A stretch of 64,000 nucleotides of DNA. Origin: Marispirochaeta sp. Its GTDB lineage: Bacteria > Spirochaetota > Spirochaetia > JC444 > Marispirochaetaceae. Position numbers and translations under genes: made by a program. The stretch lies in the NCBI GenBank assembly GCA_963676835.2, contig CAXXFF010000002.1, positions 896,001 to 960,000 of the forward strand, written 5' to 3'. Under the pieces are notes generated by a model. That model did not search any database and was not told where the DNA came from. It was given only the letters and a program-made list of their open reading frames with translations. Each line of letters begins with the position of its first letter. The stretch's first letter is position 1. Below are positions 47,835 through 58,224 of the stretch, one piece after another.

Positions 47835-48842
47835 TTATTCGATAACCTCTTTGGCCTTTTCCAGAACTTCAGCAGGAAAATCAATGCCAATCTGCTTTGC
47901 AACCGCGGCGTTAACAATCATTTCCATATGGGCAGGATCGCTGACAACTGTTGTGGGCATGGATTCGGGTTTTTCACCTTTGATAATTTTATCCATAATG
48001 CGTCCCGTTTCCTGGCCGATGAAGTACCAGTCAAATCCCCAGGCAATATAGATGGGATTGTCCTTTGCAGATGCTGTGTCCGCAGAAAGTACGGGAACCT
48101 TGTTGTCGATGGCTGTCTGAGCCAGCCCGCCCAGGGCGGAAACAACGGTGTTGTCGTTGGTCACATAGATTGCATCAACCCGCTTGATAATGGATTCGGT
48201 GGCAGATTTTACTTCTGCAGAGGAGGTGATGGAGGTTCCGAGGTATTCGATTCCCAGTTCTGCACAGGCTTTCTTTACCTGTTCAGCCTGGAACATGGCA
48301 TTGTCTTCATTTCCGGTATACACCTGTCCAAGAACCTTTACCTCGTGGAATGACATAAGAAACTCAATCTGTTCCTTGAAGGGGTTTTTGTAGGACGTGC
48401 CGTTTATGCCGGGGTCTCCCATATCCAGGGATTTTACCAGTCCAGCAGAGACGGGGTCGGTAATGGCTGCGTACACCACCGGAGCGTTGGTTACCCCGTT
48501 TTTCAGTGCCTGAGCATTGGGGGTGGCAATTCCTACAACCAGGTCCATCTTTTTGGACTGAAAAAGGGATGCAATCTGACGGGTGGTGGAAACATCGGCA
48601 TTGGAGTTCTGGTAATCATACTCGATGTCCGCATGACCAAGGGCTGCCAGTTCATCCTGTATGCCTTTATATACTGCATCAAGTGCAGGGTGCTGAACAA
48701 ACTGGCTTACGCCGATTTTCAGGCTCTTTTTTGCTTCTGCTGCTGGCTGTGCTGCGGACGCTTCCTTTTTTCCGCTGCAGCCGGTCAGGGCAAGAGCGGC
48801 AATCAGGGTAATAATCATGGCTGAAAGTAGAGTCTTTTTCAT
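47835..48842 (-). CDS. ABC substrate-binding lipoprotein (ABC_sub_bind, aromatic amino acid-type), orphan
   Basis: LTGC lipobox; QFVQHPALD, IATP.AQ, AITDPV.AGLV and DNTVVS. Confidence 0.88.
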   Translation of the reverse strand: MKKTLLSAMIITLIAALALTGCSGKKEASAAQPAAEAKKSLKIGVSQFVQHPALDAVYKGIQDELAALGHADIEYDYQNSNADVSTTRQIASLFQSKKMDLVVGIATPNAQALKNGVTNAPVVYAAITDPVSAGLVKSLDMGDPGINGTSYKNPFKEQIEFLMSFHEVKVLGQVYTGNEDNAMFQAEQVKKACAELGIEYLGTSITSSAEVKSATESIIKRVDAIYVTNDNTVVSALGGLAQTAIDNKVPVLSADTASAKDNPIYIAWGFDWYFIGQETGRIMDKIIKGEKPESMPTTVVSDPAHMEMIVNAAVAKQIGIDFPAEVLEKAKEVIE

Positions 48843-49006
48843 GGTTCCTCTCTTTATCTCGCTATCTCGCGATATTCTCTGTATGAGAATCGATTCATAT
48901 GTTTCTATGTGAAGAATCGTACTTGTACTATGCTGTAATCAAGTGTTTCTGTCAATAGGAACATTCGGTGTTTGACTTATTTAGATCCCGGCTGTACTCT
49001 CTCTCT

Positions 49007-50287
49007 GTGAAAAGCATAAATCTGGCATTCGGACAGACCGGGCTTAGCGGTACTCTTCCGGAAAACTGGCATCCCGAGACAATAGAATCGGAATATAGCG
49101 AGAGCTCTCTCTCGTTAAAAGAGATGGTACAACAGGCCCTGCAGAACCCTGTGGGGACACCCGCTTTACGGGATATTGTCCAACCCGGGGAGACTGTCTG
49201 TATTGTATTTTCCGATATAACCCGGTCATGGCAGAAGACCGAAGAGTACCTGCCATTAATTGTTGAAGAACTTGAAGCGGCGGGTATCGATCCTTCGGAT
49301 ATAACCCTTTTGAGTGCATTAGGAACCCACCGGAAGCAGACAGAGGAAGAGCATCGGCGTATGACCGGCGATCTCTACGACCGCTGTACTGTATTTGACC
49401 ACGACTGCGATGATGCAGCTAATATGGTAAAAGTGGGTACCACCAGCCGGGGTACGGTGGTTGAACTGAACCGGGCGGCGGTGGAAGCGGACCGGCTGAT
49501 ACTGACCGGGGGCATTGTTTTCCACCTGATGGCAGGATACAGCGCCGGCCGCAAGGCTCTGGTTCCGGGAATTGCGAGCCGCAAAACCATCATGCAGAAC
49601 CATTCCTTAAGTCTCTCTCCGGAGAAGGGAGGAGGCTCTCACCCGCTCATCGGCTGCGACAGGGTTCTCGATAATCCTCTCCATGAAGATCTGATGGAGG
49701 CCCAGGAGTTTGTCAAACCTGACTTTATTGTCAATATTGTTCCGGGAAAGAGCTCTCCCGGTGCAGCTGTGGCTGGGCATTATATAAAGGCCCACGAAGA
49801 GGGGATTCGGATTCTCCGTGAGCAGTTTCTTATTCCCATTTCAGATAAACGTGACCTTGTTATCGCTTCCGCCGGCGGGTTTCCCGGGGACATAAACTTC
49901 TATCAGTCCGTAAAGTCCATGATTAATGCCGGTCAGGCTTTGAATGAGGGGGGCACCATGATTCTCTCTATCCGCTCTCAGGAGGGGCTGGGTAATCCTC
50001 TCATGGAGGAGATGATCGGAGACTTTTCCAATATTACAGAACGGGAAGCCTTTTTGCGGGATAACTATACTATCGGCCGCTTTATTGCCTACTACGGCTG
50101 TGAGCTTGCCGACCGGTTCCGGGTTATCCTTGTAACAGAAATGGATGAGCCATCCCTGAGCCGGGCGGGTATTTCCTGGTACGGTGACCTGCAGCAGGCC
50201 ATAGATGCCGCCGCGGAGATCCACGGAAGCACTCCTTTAAAGTGCTGGCATATTCCCGATGCTTCCCATTCATTTCCGAAGGTTTAA
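49007..50287 (+). CDS. larA: LarA family nickel-pincer racemase/epimerase
   Basis: SDITR, ALGTHR, DHDC, GTTSRGT, FHLMAGYSAGRK..PG and DINFYQSVK; GTG start at the predicted +1. Confidence 0.88.
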   Translation: MKSINLAFGQTGLSGTLPENWHPETIESEYSESSLSLKEMVQQALQNPVGTPALRDIVQPGETVCIVFSDITRSWQKTEEYLPLIVEELEAAGIDPSDITLLSALGTHRKQTEEEHRRMTGDLYDRCTVFDHDCDDAANMVKVGTTSRGTVVELNRAAVEADRLILTGGIVFHLMAGYSAGRKALVPGIASRKTIMQNHSLSLSPEKGGGSHPLIGCDRVLDNPLHEDLMEAQEFVKPDFIVNIVPGKSSPGAAVAGHYIKAHEEGIRILREQFLIPISDKRDLVIASAGGFPGDINFYQSVKSMINAGQALNEGGTMILSIRSQEGLGNPLMEEMIGDFSNITEREAFLRDNYTIGRFIAYYGCELADRFRVILVTEMDEPSLSRAGISWYGDLQQAIDAAAEIHGSTPLKCWHIPDASHSFPKV

Positions 50288-50299
50288 ATGCCTCCCGGC

Positions 50300-50836
50300 T
50301 TACCTGCTGTGTGATGACAGCCTGCTGTACACCTCTGGTAGTCTGTTTTTCAGCAGAATCTTTTCCATAATAAGGGCTACTGCCAGGTAGACGGTAATGC
50401 CGGTAAGTACGTGTATGCCGGTAAACAGTGGACCGAAAAACCCCAGTTCATACATGGATATGGGAAGCTTCGTCGAAGTCCAGATACCTAACAGAAAAAT
50501 TATATAAGCCATGCGGGCCCCTTTTTTTGCAAGAAAGGCGGCTACGGGAAATGCCGCATAGAGGGGGCCTGCGGCAACGGTACCCAGGGCGAAGGCCCAG
50601 AGAAATCCCCGAACTCCTGCATCGTCGCCCATATGCCGTACTATTACCTCCCGGGGAACCCAGGTATCCAGCAGGTTAACAATAAGCAGAATCGGCGGAA
50701 GAATCCCCAGCATGGTAAAGGCGCTTTTCAGGGAAATCCCCGATGCTTTCAGCGCAATTTCTCTCTGAAAAAAAAAGAGGACAATAAATACCCCGAGGGT
50801 AATCAGGGTGTAGCGGTACTGCTTAAGGATTTTCAC
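50300..50836 (-). CDS. Predicted permease half (ArsP/DUF318-like)
   Basis: LLDTWVP..I..HMG, GPLYAAFPVA..L.KKGA. Confidence 0.75.
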   Translation of the reverse strand: MKILKQYRYTLITLGVFIVLFFFQREIALKASGISLKSAFTMLGILPPILLIVNLLDTWVPREVIVRHMGDDAGVRGFLWAFALGTVAAGPLYAAFPVAAFLAKKGARMAYIIFLLGIWTSTKLPISMYELGFFGPLFTGIHVLTGITVYLAVALIMEKILLKNRLPEVYSRLSSHSR

Positions 50837-51324
50837 ACCATTCCTCCTGTTAGCAGGCCGGCAATAAGGGCGATGAATATAATGGTCATAATAAGGCTTC
50901 CCAGATTCCGGTAAACAGCGAAAGGGGTGCCGAAGAAATCCTTCTCCATGGAGAAGGTGACAATGCCGATGCCCATGAGGGATGAGATGAATCCGGCAAT
51001 CTGGACGATTCCGGCGCCCTGTTCAAGCAGGGTTGCTCCCAGGGGAAAGGCGATGAAGCTGGGGAGAAACGAAACAGAACCGACACCAATGGCAATGAGT
51101 ATGCCTTTTAAGCCGGAAGAACTGCCCAGCATTGATGAAATGGATTCCGGAGAAATAACCGCAAGGCTCAGTCCTATAAGGAGGATTATAAAGCTCATCT
51201 GGGGAAGCAGTCGCAGTATTCCTTTTAAAGTCTTTTTCAAAGAGATAAGGGTTTTTTCCCTGCTGCGGAGCAGTGATAAAATGAGCAGCACAGTCGCAAT
51301 AGAGTAGAAAACAATAAAGTACAT
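50833..51324 (-). CDS. Predicted permease half (partner of 50300..50836)
   Basis: GSVSFLPSFIAFPLGA.LL..GA and EK.FFG; 4-bp overlap with the partner gene. Confidence 0.75.
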   Translation of the reverse strand: MYFIVFYSIATVLLILSLLRSREKTLISLKKTLKGILRLLPQMSFIILLIGLSLAVISPESISSMLGSSSGLKGILIAIGVGSVSFLPSFIAFPLGATLLEQGAGIVQIAGFISSLMGIGIVTFSMEKDFFGTPFAVYRNLGSLIMTIIFIALIAGLLTGGMV

Positions 51325-51421
51325 TGGCGTTGTCCTCTTCGCTGAAAGCGGTAATCCGCCGGCAGATTTAGCCTATAGTTCAAGAGGGTACGAAAAATAG
51401 GGGATGATGTTAAGTCTATGT

Positions 51422-51784
51422 CTAAGGCTCCTGAATCAGCAGGGGGAGAATGTCGGCAATATGCACAGGCTTGACGAAAAATCCCAGTGGCTTGAATGCT
51501 TCTGCACGGCTGCGGGTGGATTCGTCAAAATTACCGGTGACAAAAATAAACTCTGTGGGAAGTTTCAGGTTTCTGCAATCTCCTACAAAATCAATTCCGT
51601 CCCGGCTGCCCTTAAGATGAATGTCAACCAGAGCGAAATCCGGCGAAGTCTGCTGTATACAATCTAATGCGGATTTCGCATCGGGAGAGATGCCCACCAC
51701 TTCAAATCCTCTGTCTTTCAACTCCATTTCGTAGGTAAGGGCAATAAGCATCTCATCTTCTACGATCAGTACTTTATTGCTCAT
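51422..51784 (-). CDS. Single-domain response regulator
   Basis: IVEDE, VDIHL, DG, FVTG and VKP. Confidence 0.92.
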   Translation of the reverse strand: MSNKVLIVEDEMLIALTYEMELKDRGFEVVGISPDAKSALDCIQQTSPDFALVDIHLKGSRDGIDFVGDCRNLKLPTEFIFVTGNFDESTRSRAEAFKPLGFFVKPVHIADILPLLIQEP

Positions 51785-54047
51785 TCGCGTCATTCTCCTG
51801 AGGAATTCTGATTGAATAGGATGTTCCGGTGGAAGATGATAGTGTTCTGCTTTCCGCCTGCAGCTGTTTGACCAGGGTATCGATTATGGTAAGCCCCATG
51901 CTCTGCCGTTTTTCCGCTGCCGCCCGCTCTTCCGCGGAAAATCCCTTGCCGTTATCCTTGATCGTCAGCCGAATAAAAGATATTTCATGCTCCACCCGGA
52001 CCGATATGACAGGCTGTTCCTCCATAGTTGGAGAAAACGCGTGCTTCAGTGAGTTGCTTACGATCTCATTAACAATCAGTCCCAGGGGAATAATAAGGTC
52101 CCGGCTGGCAAAAACTGTATCCGATTCAATGGCTAACTGTACCTGCTGATTTTCTGTTGAGTAGGCGGAAATCAGATCTCCTATAAGATCCTTGAGATAA
52201 TCATGCAGATTAATAGTATCAAGAGATCTGCTGTTATACAGCTTACGGTGCACCAGGGAAATAGTCTTGATTCTGTACATGCTTTCCTTAAGCACCTGGA
52301 TTGTATCCGGACGATCCGATTTCATAATCTCCAGATTAAGAATGGAAGAAATCAGCGCCAGGTTGTTGTTTACCCGGTGGTGTATTTCTTTCAGGAGCAC
52401 TTCCTTCTCTGTCAGACTCTCTTCCAGCCGCATCTGGGATTGCTTGATTTCGCTGATATTTTCGATACCCACATAGACTCTGTCCCAGGGCTCTTCGTCG
52501 GGAGGGGCAACTATTGCATGAATATTGGTCCAGATGGTATTGCCTTTATGGGTTTTCCGAATTGTTTCTCCGGAGTATTTGTGGCTGTCGAAGTAGAGTG
52601 TACAGAGTTCTTTGCGGAATGGTTTATTGCTGCCTTCCGGAAGCATCCGTTGAATATCCAGAAAAACCTGCTGTTTTGATTTTGCTTCAAGCAGATTTAC
52701 CGCTTCATTATTAACATCTATAAGCTTTACCAGGGATAAGCATTTCTGCAGTGCTTCCGGATGCTTTATCAGGTAGCGGTTCATCTCTTTTTTTGATTTC
52801 AGGCTGTGGGCTACGGCGATGGCATCCAGATATTTTTTTATCTCTGAAAAATCTTCCTCAAAAAGGGCAACTGGAGCAAATTTGAAGAGGTTTCGGAAAC
52901 TCTCCTCACTTTTTCTGAGGTTGCGAGCATACAGTTTATTACGGGTAACAGAAATAACCAGAAATACAATAAGCACCGTCTGGCTGATTACCACCAGCCC
53001 GATTGAGGCAATCAGTTTCAGATTGGACCGTATAAAAGAAAAGGGCTGATTTATAATAATGCTATTATCCGGGAGACTCCAGGAGTGGACTCCAAAGCGT
53101 TCCAGTTCCTTATGATCAAACATATATACATTCGGGCTTGTCTCCACCACGGCAATCTGTGAAATTGCCTTATTCTGATAAAGCACTTCTTTTAAGATAA
53201 GAGCAGCGGTTTTTGCCTGATCGTACTGGCTTATTATCTTCCCTCCCAGGATGCCTTCTCCCAGGCCATGCTCCCAGAGATGAAACAGCGGTACCGCTGC
53301 ATTTTCGCGGATTAGTGCCAGGCTGTCTGAAAAGTCCACTGTTTTTCCTGTTCTGTCTACATAGGCGGAAAGAAGCAGCACGGCGGAGTCCTCGGGCAGC
53401 TCCCGTATAAGAGTTCCCAGTTCATAAAAACTGTACTGCTCCAAAGAGAGCACAGAAAGTGGGAAGCTGGTTCGATATTTCTGAAATGTTGCCAGATCTC
53501 CTTTTCCGCTGGCGGTTGAATCGGAGATTGCAAAGATCTTTGTAGTTTCCGGGAAGAGATCGAGGATCAGCTGAAGGGTCTCTTCCATGGAGACTGCTTC
53601 AACCACACCGGTGACAAAAGGGTTCCCGTTCTGTTTTTGTGCCCGGTCCTGATCGTTTACTCCGCAGAAAACTACAGGGATTCCCGGAAACAGTATGGGC
53701 TGATACTCATTGATAAAAAGCAGGGCATTATCATCGGTGGTGATAATGCCGTCGTAGGGTTTCAGGTTAAGAAATTTATAGCGCAAAAGATCGCGGAACA
53801 GCTGGCGGGCGGTTTCGGTGGTAAAGCGCTTGCTGTCGAGGAATTCCACATCGATAAGAATATTGCTACCGGCAAAGGTTTCTGTAACCGCCTGAATCTG
53901 ACTGTTATAGGTGGGGAATGAAGGGTGATAGCTGGAGAGTACAAGAATGTGTTTCTGCTCTTCTTCGGCAGAGAGCAGCAAGGATGCTGAAAGAAAATAG
54001 AAGCCCAGAAATAGTTTCAGGACTTTTTTAAATCGAGTCTTCCCCAT
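51774..54047 (-). CDS. Sensor kinase: extracytoplasmic ABC_sub_bind-like domain, TM, PAS, HisKA_2
   Basis: LSSYH, PVVFCGVN, EIHHRVNNNL, NEIVSNSLKH, DNGKG and SMGL; own promoter TTGACA-18-TATGAT. Confidence 0.9.
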   Translation of the reverse strand: MGKTRFKKVLKLFLGFYFLSASLLLSAEEEQKHILVLSSYHPSFPTYNSQIQAVTETFAGSNILIDVEFLDSKRFTTETARQLFRDLLRYKFLNLKPYDGIITTDDNALLFINEYQPILFPGIPVVFCGVNDQDRAQKQNGNPFVTGVVEAVSMEETLQLILDLFPETTKIFAISDSTASGKGDLATFQKYRTSFPLSVLSLEQYSFYELGTLIRELPEDSAVLLLSAYVDRTGKTVDFSDSLALIRENAAVPLFHLWEHGLGEGILGGKIISQYDQAKTAALILKEVLYQNKAISQIAVVETSPNVYMFDHKELERFGVHSWSLPDNSIIINQPFSFIRSNLKLIASIGLVVISQTVLIVFLVISVTRNKLYARNLRKSEESFRNLFKFAPVALFEEDFSEIKKYLDAIAVAHSLKSKKEMNRYLIKHPEALQKCLSLVKLIDVNNEAVNLLEAKSKQQVFLDIQRMLPEGSNKPFRKELCTLYFDSHKYSGETIRKTHKGNTIWTNIHAIVAPPDEEPWDRVYVGIENISEIKQSQMRLEESLTEKEVLLKEIHHRVNNNLALISSILNLEIMKSDRPDTIQVLKESMYRIKTISLVHRKLYNSRSLDTINLHDYLKDLIGDLISAYSTENQQVQLAIESDTVFASRDLIIPLGLIVNEIVSNSLKHAFSPTMEEQPVISVRVEHEISFIRLTIKDNGKGFSAEERAAAEKRQSMGLTIIDTLVKQLQAESRTLSSSTGTSYSIRIPQENDANEQ

Positions 54048-54098
54048 TTGAAGAATCATAAAAGAGGTTGCAGGAAGTTGTCAAATTTTAAAGTTCTG

Positions 54099-55337
54099 TC
54101 AGCCCTTATATCGGATCATCAGCAGAGAAACATCATCATGCAGGGGGGTCTGATTTCTGAAGGCATGGAAACCTTCAAGCAGTTCAATACGTCGGGTCTT
54201 CAGATTTTTGCCGCTGCTGCCAGTAAGGTATTCCTGTACCGGTGCAAGGCCGTACTCCTGATTATCATCGTTTTTCTGTTCAATCAATCCATCGGTAAAA
54301 AAGAGAAGATCATCCCCCGGCTGCAGCTGGAGCCGGCCGATTTCCGGGTTCATCGTTTCTACCACTCCCACGGGCATGTTCCTTTCTCCTGCATTGAGTT
54401 TGATCATTGAGTTCTTCCGGATCAGATACGAATGGCCGTGGCCCATATCTGCCAGCAGGAGCTCTCCCGTAGATGGGTCAAGCTGAATAAAAACACCGGT
54501 AACGTATTTCTGCAGCTCGAAGGTGGAAACAAATACTTGGTTCAGGGTTTTTACCAGCCTTTTTATTCCAAGCTCATAATCAAAGGTGCTGAATGAACCC
54601 CACAATGCAGTGGTAACCAGAGATGCGGCCATTCCTTTTCCGGAAACATCGCAGAGGCAGAACATGTGCTGATCATTGCTGTATTTAGCTTCGGCATAAA
54701 AGTCGCCCCCCACACCCTTGGCCATGGTACTCGAGCCGGCGTACTCCAGGTGTTCATCTTCATAATAGGTGAACTCCTTTACAATGCGGCTCTGAATAGT
54801 TGAGGCCAGATCGATATCTTCCCTGGTGATGGATGAGAGGTAGATCAGCATATCCTGGGAGCTGAAAATTCCCGCAAAGTATCCTTCCCGGGTTTTGAGG
54901 GGGTAATAATGTATCCTGTCATCTGACTGGATGCGGTCGAGTATTTCACTTACGGAGAAGATATTGGTGTAGTGGAAGAAGCTGCGGATTTTTCTGGTTA
55001 CCTTTTCCACCGATTCGCGGCGCATTACCTCCCGCCCGAAGGGGCGTCCTAAAAGGTCAAAGAGGTCGCGGCGGATAATTATTCCCCCGATTTTTCCGGT
55101 TTCCTCAATTATGCCTACCGCCTGAATATCCGGGCGGGCGGTAAGGTCATCGGAGAGATCGAGAATATTGGTGTCGGAGGTAATGTACCAGCGGTTTTTT
55201 ACCAGCTTTGCAATTGATTCCCCACCGGCTTTGGGGACTTCAATCTGCCGTATTACACTTAAGCCTGTTTCCGGTGATTGTTCTGTAGTTTTGGAAATGT
55301 CTTCAGCTGAATTAAGCAGTAAATCTATCTCGTCCAT
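54099..55337 (-). CDS. SpoIIE/PP2C phosphatase with N-terminal CBS-pair-like domain
   Basis: VGGDFY, CDVSGKG, TDGLIE and DDVS. Confidence 0.9.
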   Translation of the reverse strand: MDEIDLLLNSAEDISKTTEQSPETGLSVIRQIEVPKAGGESIAKLVKNRWYITSDTNILDLSDDLTARPDIQAVGIIEETGKIGGIIIRRDLFDLLGRPFGREVMRRESVEKVTRKIRSFFHYTNIFSVSEILDRIQSDDRIHYYPLKTREGYFAGIFSSQDMLIYLSSITREDIDLASTIQSRIVKEFTYYEDEHLEYAGSSTMAKGVGGDFYAEAKYSNDQHMFCLCDVSGKGMAASLVTTALWGSFSTFDYELGIKRLVKTLNQVFVSTFELQKYVTGVFIQLDPSTGELLLADMGHGHSYLIRKNSMIKLNAGERNMPVGVVETMNPEIGRLQLQPGDDLLFFTDGLIEQKNDDNQEYGLAPVQEYLTGSSGKNLKTRRIELLEGFHAFRNQTPLHDDVSLLMIRYKG

Positions 55338-55351
55338 ACTGAATCTCCGCC

Positions 55352-55906
55352 CTATGCCTCAGCTGAATTGTCCCGGACCAGATGATTCTGCGGATATTTT
55401 CGTTTTGCAGCAACACAGTTCTTTTTCGAGGTAAATACAAAGCCTTCATTCCAGAATTCCACCGCGGCGAAAAGCGCATTGCCGCCGTCCTCGGGCCGTG
55501 ACTGCTGTGTTCGGTAGCTTACAAAGTTTACCATACGTTCGTAGTCTTCCGTGGACAGGCATTCATAGCGCTCACGGTTGAACCGGTTCCATTTCTCAAT
55601 GTCCTGAAACCCCGGGCCTTCATCTTCAACAATAATATGGGCCTCCTCTTCCGTAAAGCGGTACCAGATTTTCACCATTTTTTCGGGATCAGATTCATTC
55701 CCATGTTTCACGGCGTTCTTTATTACTTCGCTGATCTGCTGTTCAAGGAGATTCAGTTCCCGTATTACCGCAGGTGCCTTCTGGACAACAAGCAGGGTAA
55801 AGTAGCGTATCTGCTGGAAGTCTGAAGGAAACTCTTTGTAGAACATCTCCTTCCGGTTGAATAGGGGGCTCGTATCATCAATGGCGATATATTTTGGTTC
55901 GATCAT
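55352..55906 (-). CDS. RsbW-like anti-sigma kinase (HATPase)
   Basis: EVIKNAVKHGN, VEDEGPGF and GGNAL. Confidence 0.85.
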   Translation of the reverse strand: MIEPKYIAIDDTSPLFNRKEMFYKEFPSDFQQIRYFTLLVVQKAPAVIRELNLLEQQISEVIKNAVKHGNESDPEKMVKIWYRFTEEEAHIIVEDEGPGFQDIEKWNRFNRERYECLSTEDYERMVNFVSYRTQQSRPEDGGNALFAAVEFWNEGFVFTSKKNCVAAKRKYPQNHLVRDNSAEA

Positions 55907-56268
55907 CAGGACTCTCCTGCAGTGCTGTGTTCAGGTGATAGAAACTTGATGGCTTCTTTACAGTTTTGTTTAATGGGAAAGTAGTTGGTTAGTTTGGTCA
56001 GCTCCATTACTTTCAACGGGGTACCCTGTACGCTGCACAGGGCAAATCCAAGCTCTTTTTTCTGAAACATATTATAAATCGACAGGAGGCTTCCCACTCC
56101 GCTGGAATCGAGGTAGCTGACAGCTTCCATGTTTATAATCAGATTGGTAATGCCTTTTTCAATAATTCTATTCGAGAGTTCCGTAAGCTTTACGGTGTTG
56201 TACAGATCAAGTTCTCCGCTGATATCCAGAATATAGATATCGTTATAGCGCCGTAGTTTAAGTTCCAT
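55906..56268 (-). CDS. STAS anti-anti-sigma factor
   Basis: GELDLY and YLDSSGVG (phospho-acceptor Ser). Confidence 0.92.
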   Translation of the reverse strand: MELKLRRYNDIYILDISGELDLYNTVKLTELSNRIIEKGITNLIINMEAVSYLDSSGVGSLLSIYNMFQKKELGFALCSVQGTPLKVMELTKLTNYFPIKQNCKEAIKFLSPEHSTAGES

Positions 56269-56278
56269 AATCGTGCCT

Positions 56279-57958
56279 CTATTTAATTTTCAGTATAAGA
56301 AGAGTCTGGTCATCATGGTTGCCTGCATCCTCTTCAAAATGTTCAATATCTTCACGTAATGCCTGAAGAATCATCTCTGCGGTAAACTGGTGATTGGTTT
56401 TCAGCAGTTCCTCCATGAATTTTACCGAATACTGCTGTCCCGCGGGATTCATGGTTTCCACCACTCCGTCGGTAAAGGCAAGCAGCAGATCTCCGCTGTC
56501 CATCTGCAGCAGCCGGTTGCTGTATAAACTGTTGGGGTTAATTCCCAGAGGCGGCTGGTTTGACTGCACCCGTTCAACGGTGCCGGTTTCCAGTCGGTAA
56601 ATCAGAATATGCTGGTGCCCCGCGCCGGCGTAGTCTATGGTTCTGTTTTCCGGATTAAAATTAAAATAGAGAAGGTTGGCAAAACGATCGAGATTAATAC
56701 GCAGGGTAATGGCTCTGTTCAGCTGACTGACAATCTTTGCAGCATCATGTTTTTTACCACCGATTATATTGGCCACAGTTCGGATAATGGTCATGGTTAT
56801 GGCGGCAAGAATACCTTTGCCGGCAATGTCGCACATAATAAAAGCTGTATTATTATGCTTCCCCGAAAAAGTATCCCAGTAGTCTGAATGTATCCCCTTT
56901 GCGGATCGGGAGAAGACAGCATAATCCAGTCCGGCGGAAGCTGCTTTTTCTCTGGGTGCAAGCTGTTTCTGGATATCTCCTACAAGCACAGTTTCCGCTT
57001 CCAGCAGGCCGTTTTCCCGGGACTGAATTAATGAATAGACGCCGTCGGTTATTGTTCCCGCATGGTTAAGGTACTCTTCAAGAAGATCCCTTGATGGACT
57101 CTTTTCAAACGCAGTTCCGGCATTCAGGAGAATGATAATAAGGCCGAATACCTTTTTTCCGTTGGTTAAGGGCTGCAGAAGCAGCTTTCTCTGATCCTGT
57201 CCGCTGTTTTGAATAATTGCCCCTGCTCCGCCCTGCAGGCATTCTGTCAGTTCCTCGACCGGCTGAAGCAGTATGTGCCCTGTTGCCAATGTCTCCGGGC
57301 TGTTTACTGTACCGCCGCTGTTCAGCAATGATACCGGTAATTCTCCGGTCACCGCAGAAGCGTGGAGAGTTCCCACGGCGCCATCCTCGATGAGCAGCAC
57401 CGCACCGGTGTCTGCCTGAATAACCCGGAGAGCACCCTGAAGCACTGCATGGTAAAAGCTGTGGTTTTTTCTGTGCAGAGATTGGAGGGTATCCATTGAC
57501 TGCAGGGTAAGGTGATCCAGCTGTACACTCTCATTAAGCTGCTCTATTTTACGCATCAGGTGACGGGATTCTCTGCGGACTTTTCTGTGAAGAAACAGAG
57601 ATAGAGTCATGAGCAGCATGGGGGATAGAATCAGGCGGTGTGCCGGACTTCCCGGACCAAGTAAGGCTGCAGCGGCAGCAAACAGAATCAGAGATATTAT
57701 CCCCGGAAGGAAATCTTCCGGCATAAGAATTTTCAGGGAAACTGCGAAAAATAGTATGCCGGCACCCTCAAAAATCAGATACCAGTCCAGTGCCTCTGCC
57801 ATACCTGAAAGTTCCCTGACCAGAAAAATGGCGGCGGCAATAATAAAGTATGCATAACCCCTCTGGCGATGAAGGGTGGAAACACTGATTCCGTATAGAA
57901 TCAGCCCGAAGGATATAAGCCCCCGGAACAGATACGGTAAGGGAATGGTTGAAAGCAT
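56279..57958 (-). CDS. Membrane-anchored GAF-SpoIIE/PP2C phosphatase
   Basis: N-terminal TM segments, GAF-like region, SDYWD, CDIAGKG, TDGVVE and DDQT. Confidence 0.88.
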   Translation of the reverse strand: MLSTIPLPYLFRGLISFGLILYGISVSTLHRQRGYAYFIIAAAIFLVRELSGMAEALDWYLIFEGAGILFFAVSLKILMPEDFLPGIISLILFAAAAALLGPGSPAHRLILSPMLLMTLSLFLHRKVRRESRHLMRKIEQLNESVQLDHLTLQSMDTLQSLHRKNHSFYHAVLQGALRVIQADTGAVLLIEDGAVGTLHASAVTGELPVSLLNSGGTVNSPETLATGHILLQPVEELTECLQGGAGAIIQNSGQDQRKLLLQPLTNGKKVFGLIIILLNAGTAFEKSPSRDLLEEYLNHAGTITDGVYSLIQSRENGLLEAETVLVGDIQKQLAPREKAASAGLDYAVFSRSAKGIHSDYWDTFSGKHNNTAFIMCDIAGKGILAAITMTIIRTVANIIGGKKHDAAKIVSQLNRAITLRINLDRFANLLYFNFNPENRTIDYAGAGHQHILIYRLETGTVERVQSNQPPLGINPNSLYSNRLLQMDSGDLLLAFTDGVVETMNPAGQQYSVKFMEELLKTNHQFTAEMILQALREDIEHFEEDAGNHDDQTLLILKIK

Positions 57959-58224
57959 AGGGCAACGTAATTGTCCATTGTTAGATAATGATTAAAGCTT
58001 TGTTTGGAGATATCGCGAAAAATCGGGAATTATTTTCAGTTTGCTGCCGCTGGAAAATCTATCTTCCCTGGCTATGGCAAAAGTTCCACGTTTTCAGAGG
58101 TGCCCTATAAATTAGAAAAAGGTTAATAAAGCTGGTTTCCCTTGCGCAAGAAACTTTCTGATTTTACTATTCTGCGGGATGAGCCGATTTCAGGCTCTCA
58201 CTTCTACAAAGAGACAGCACTGGA

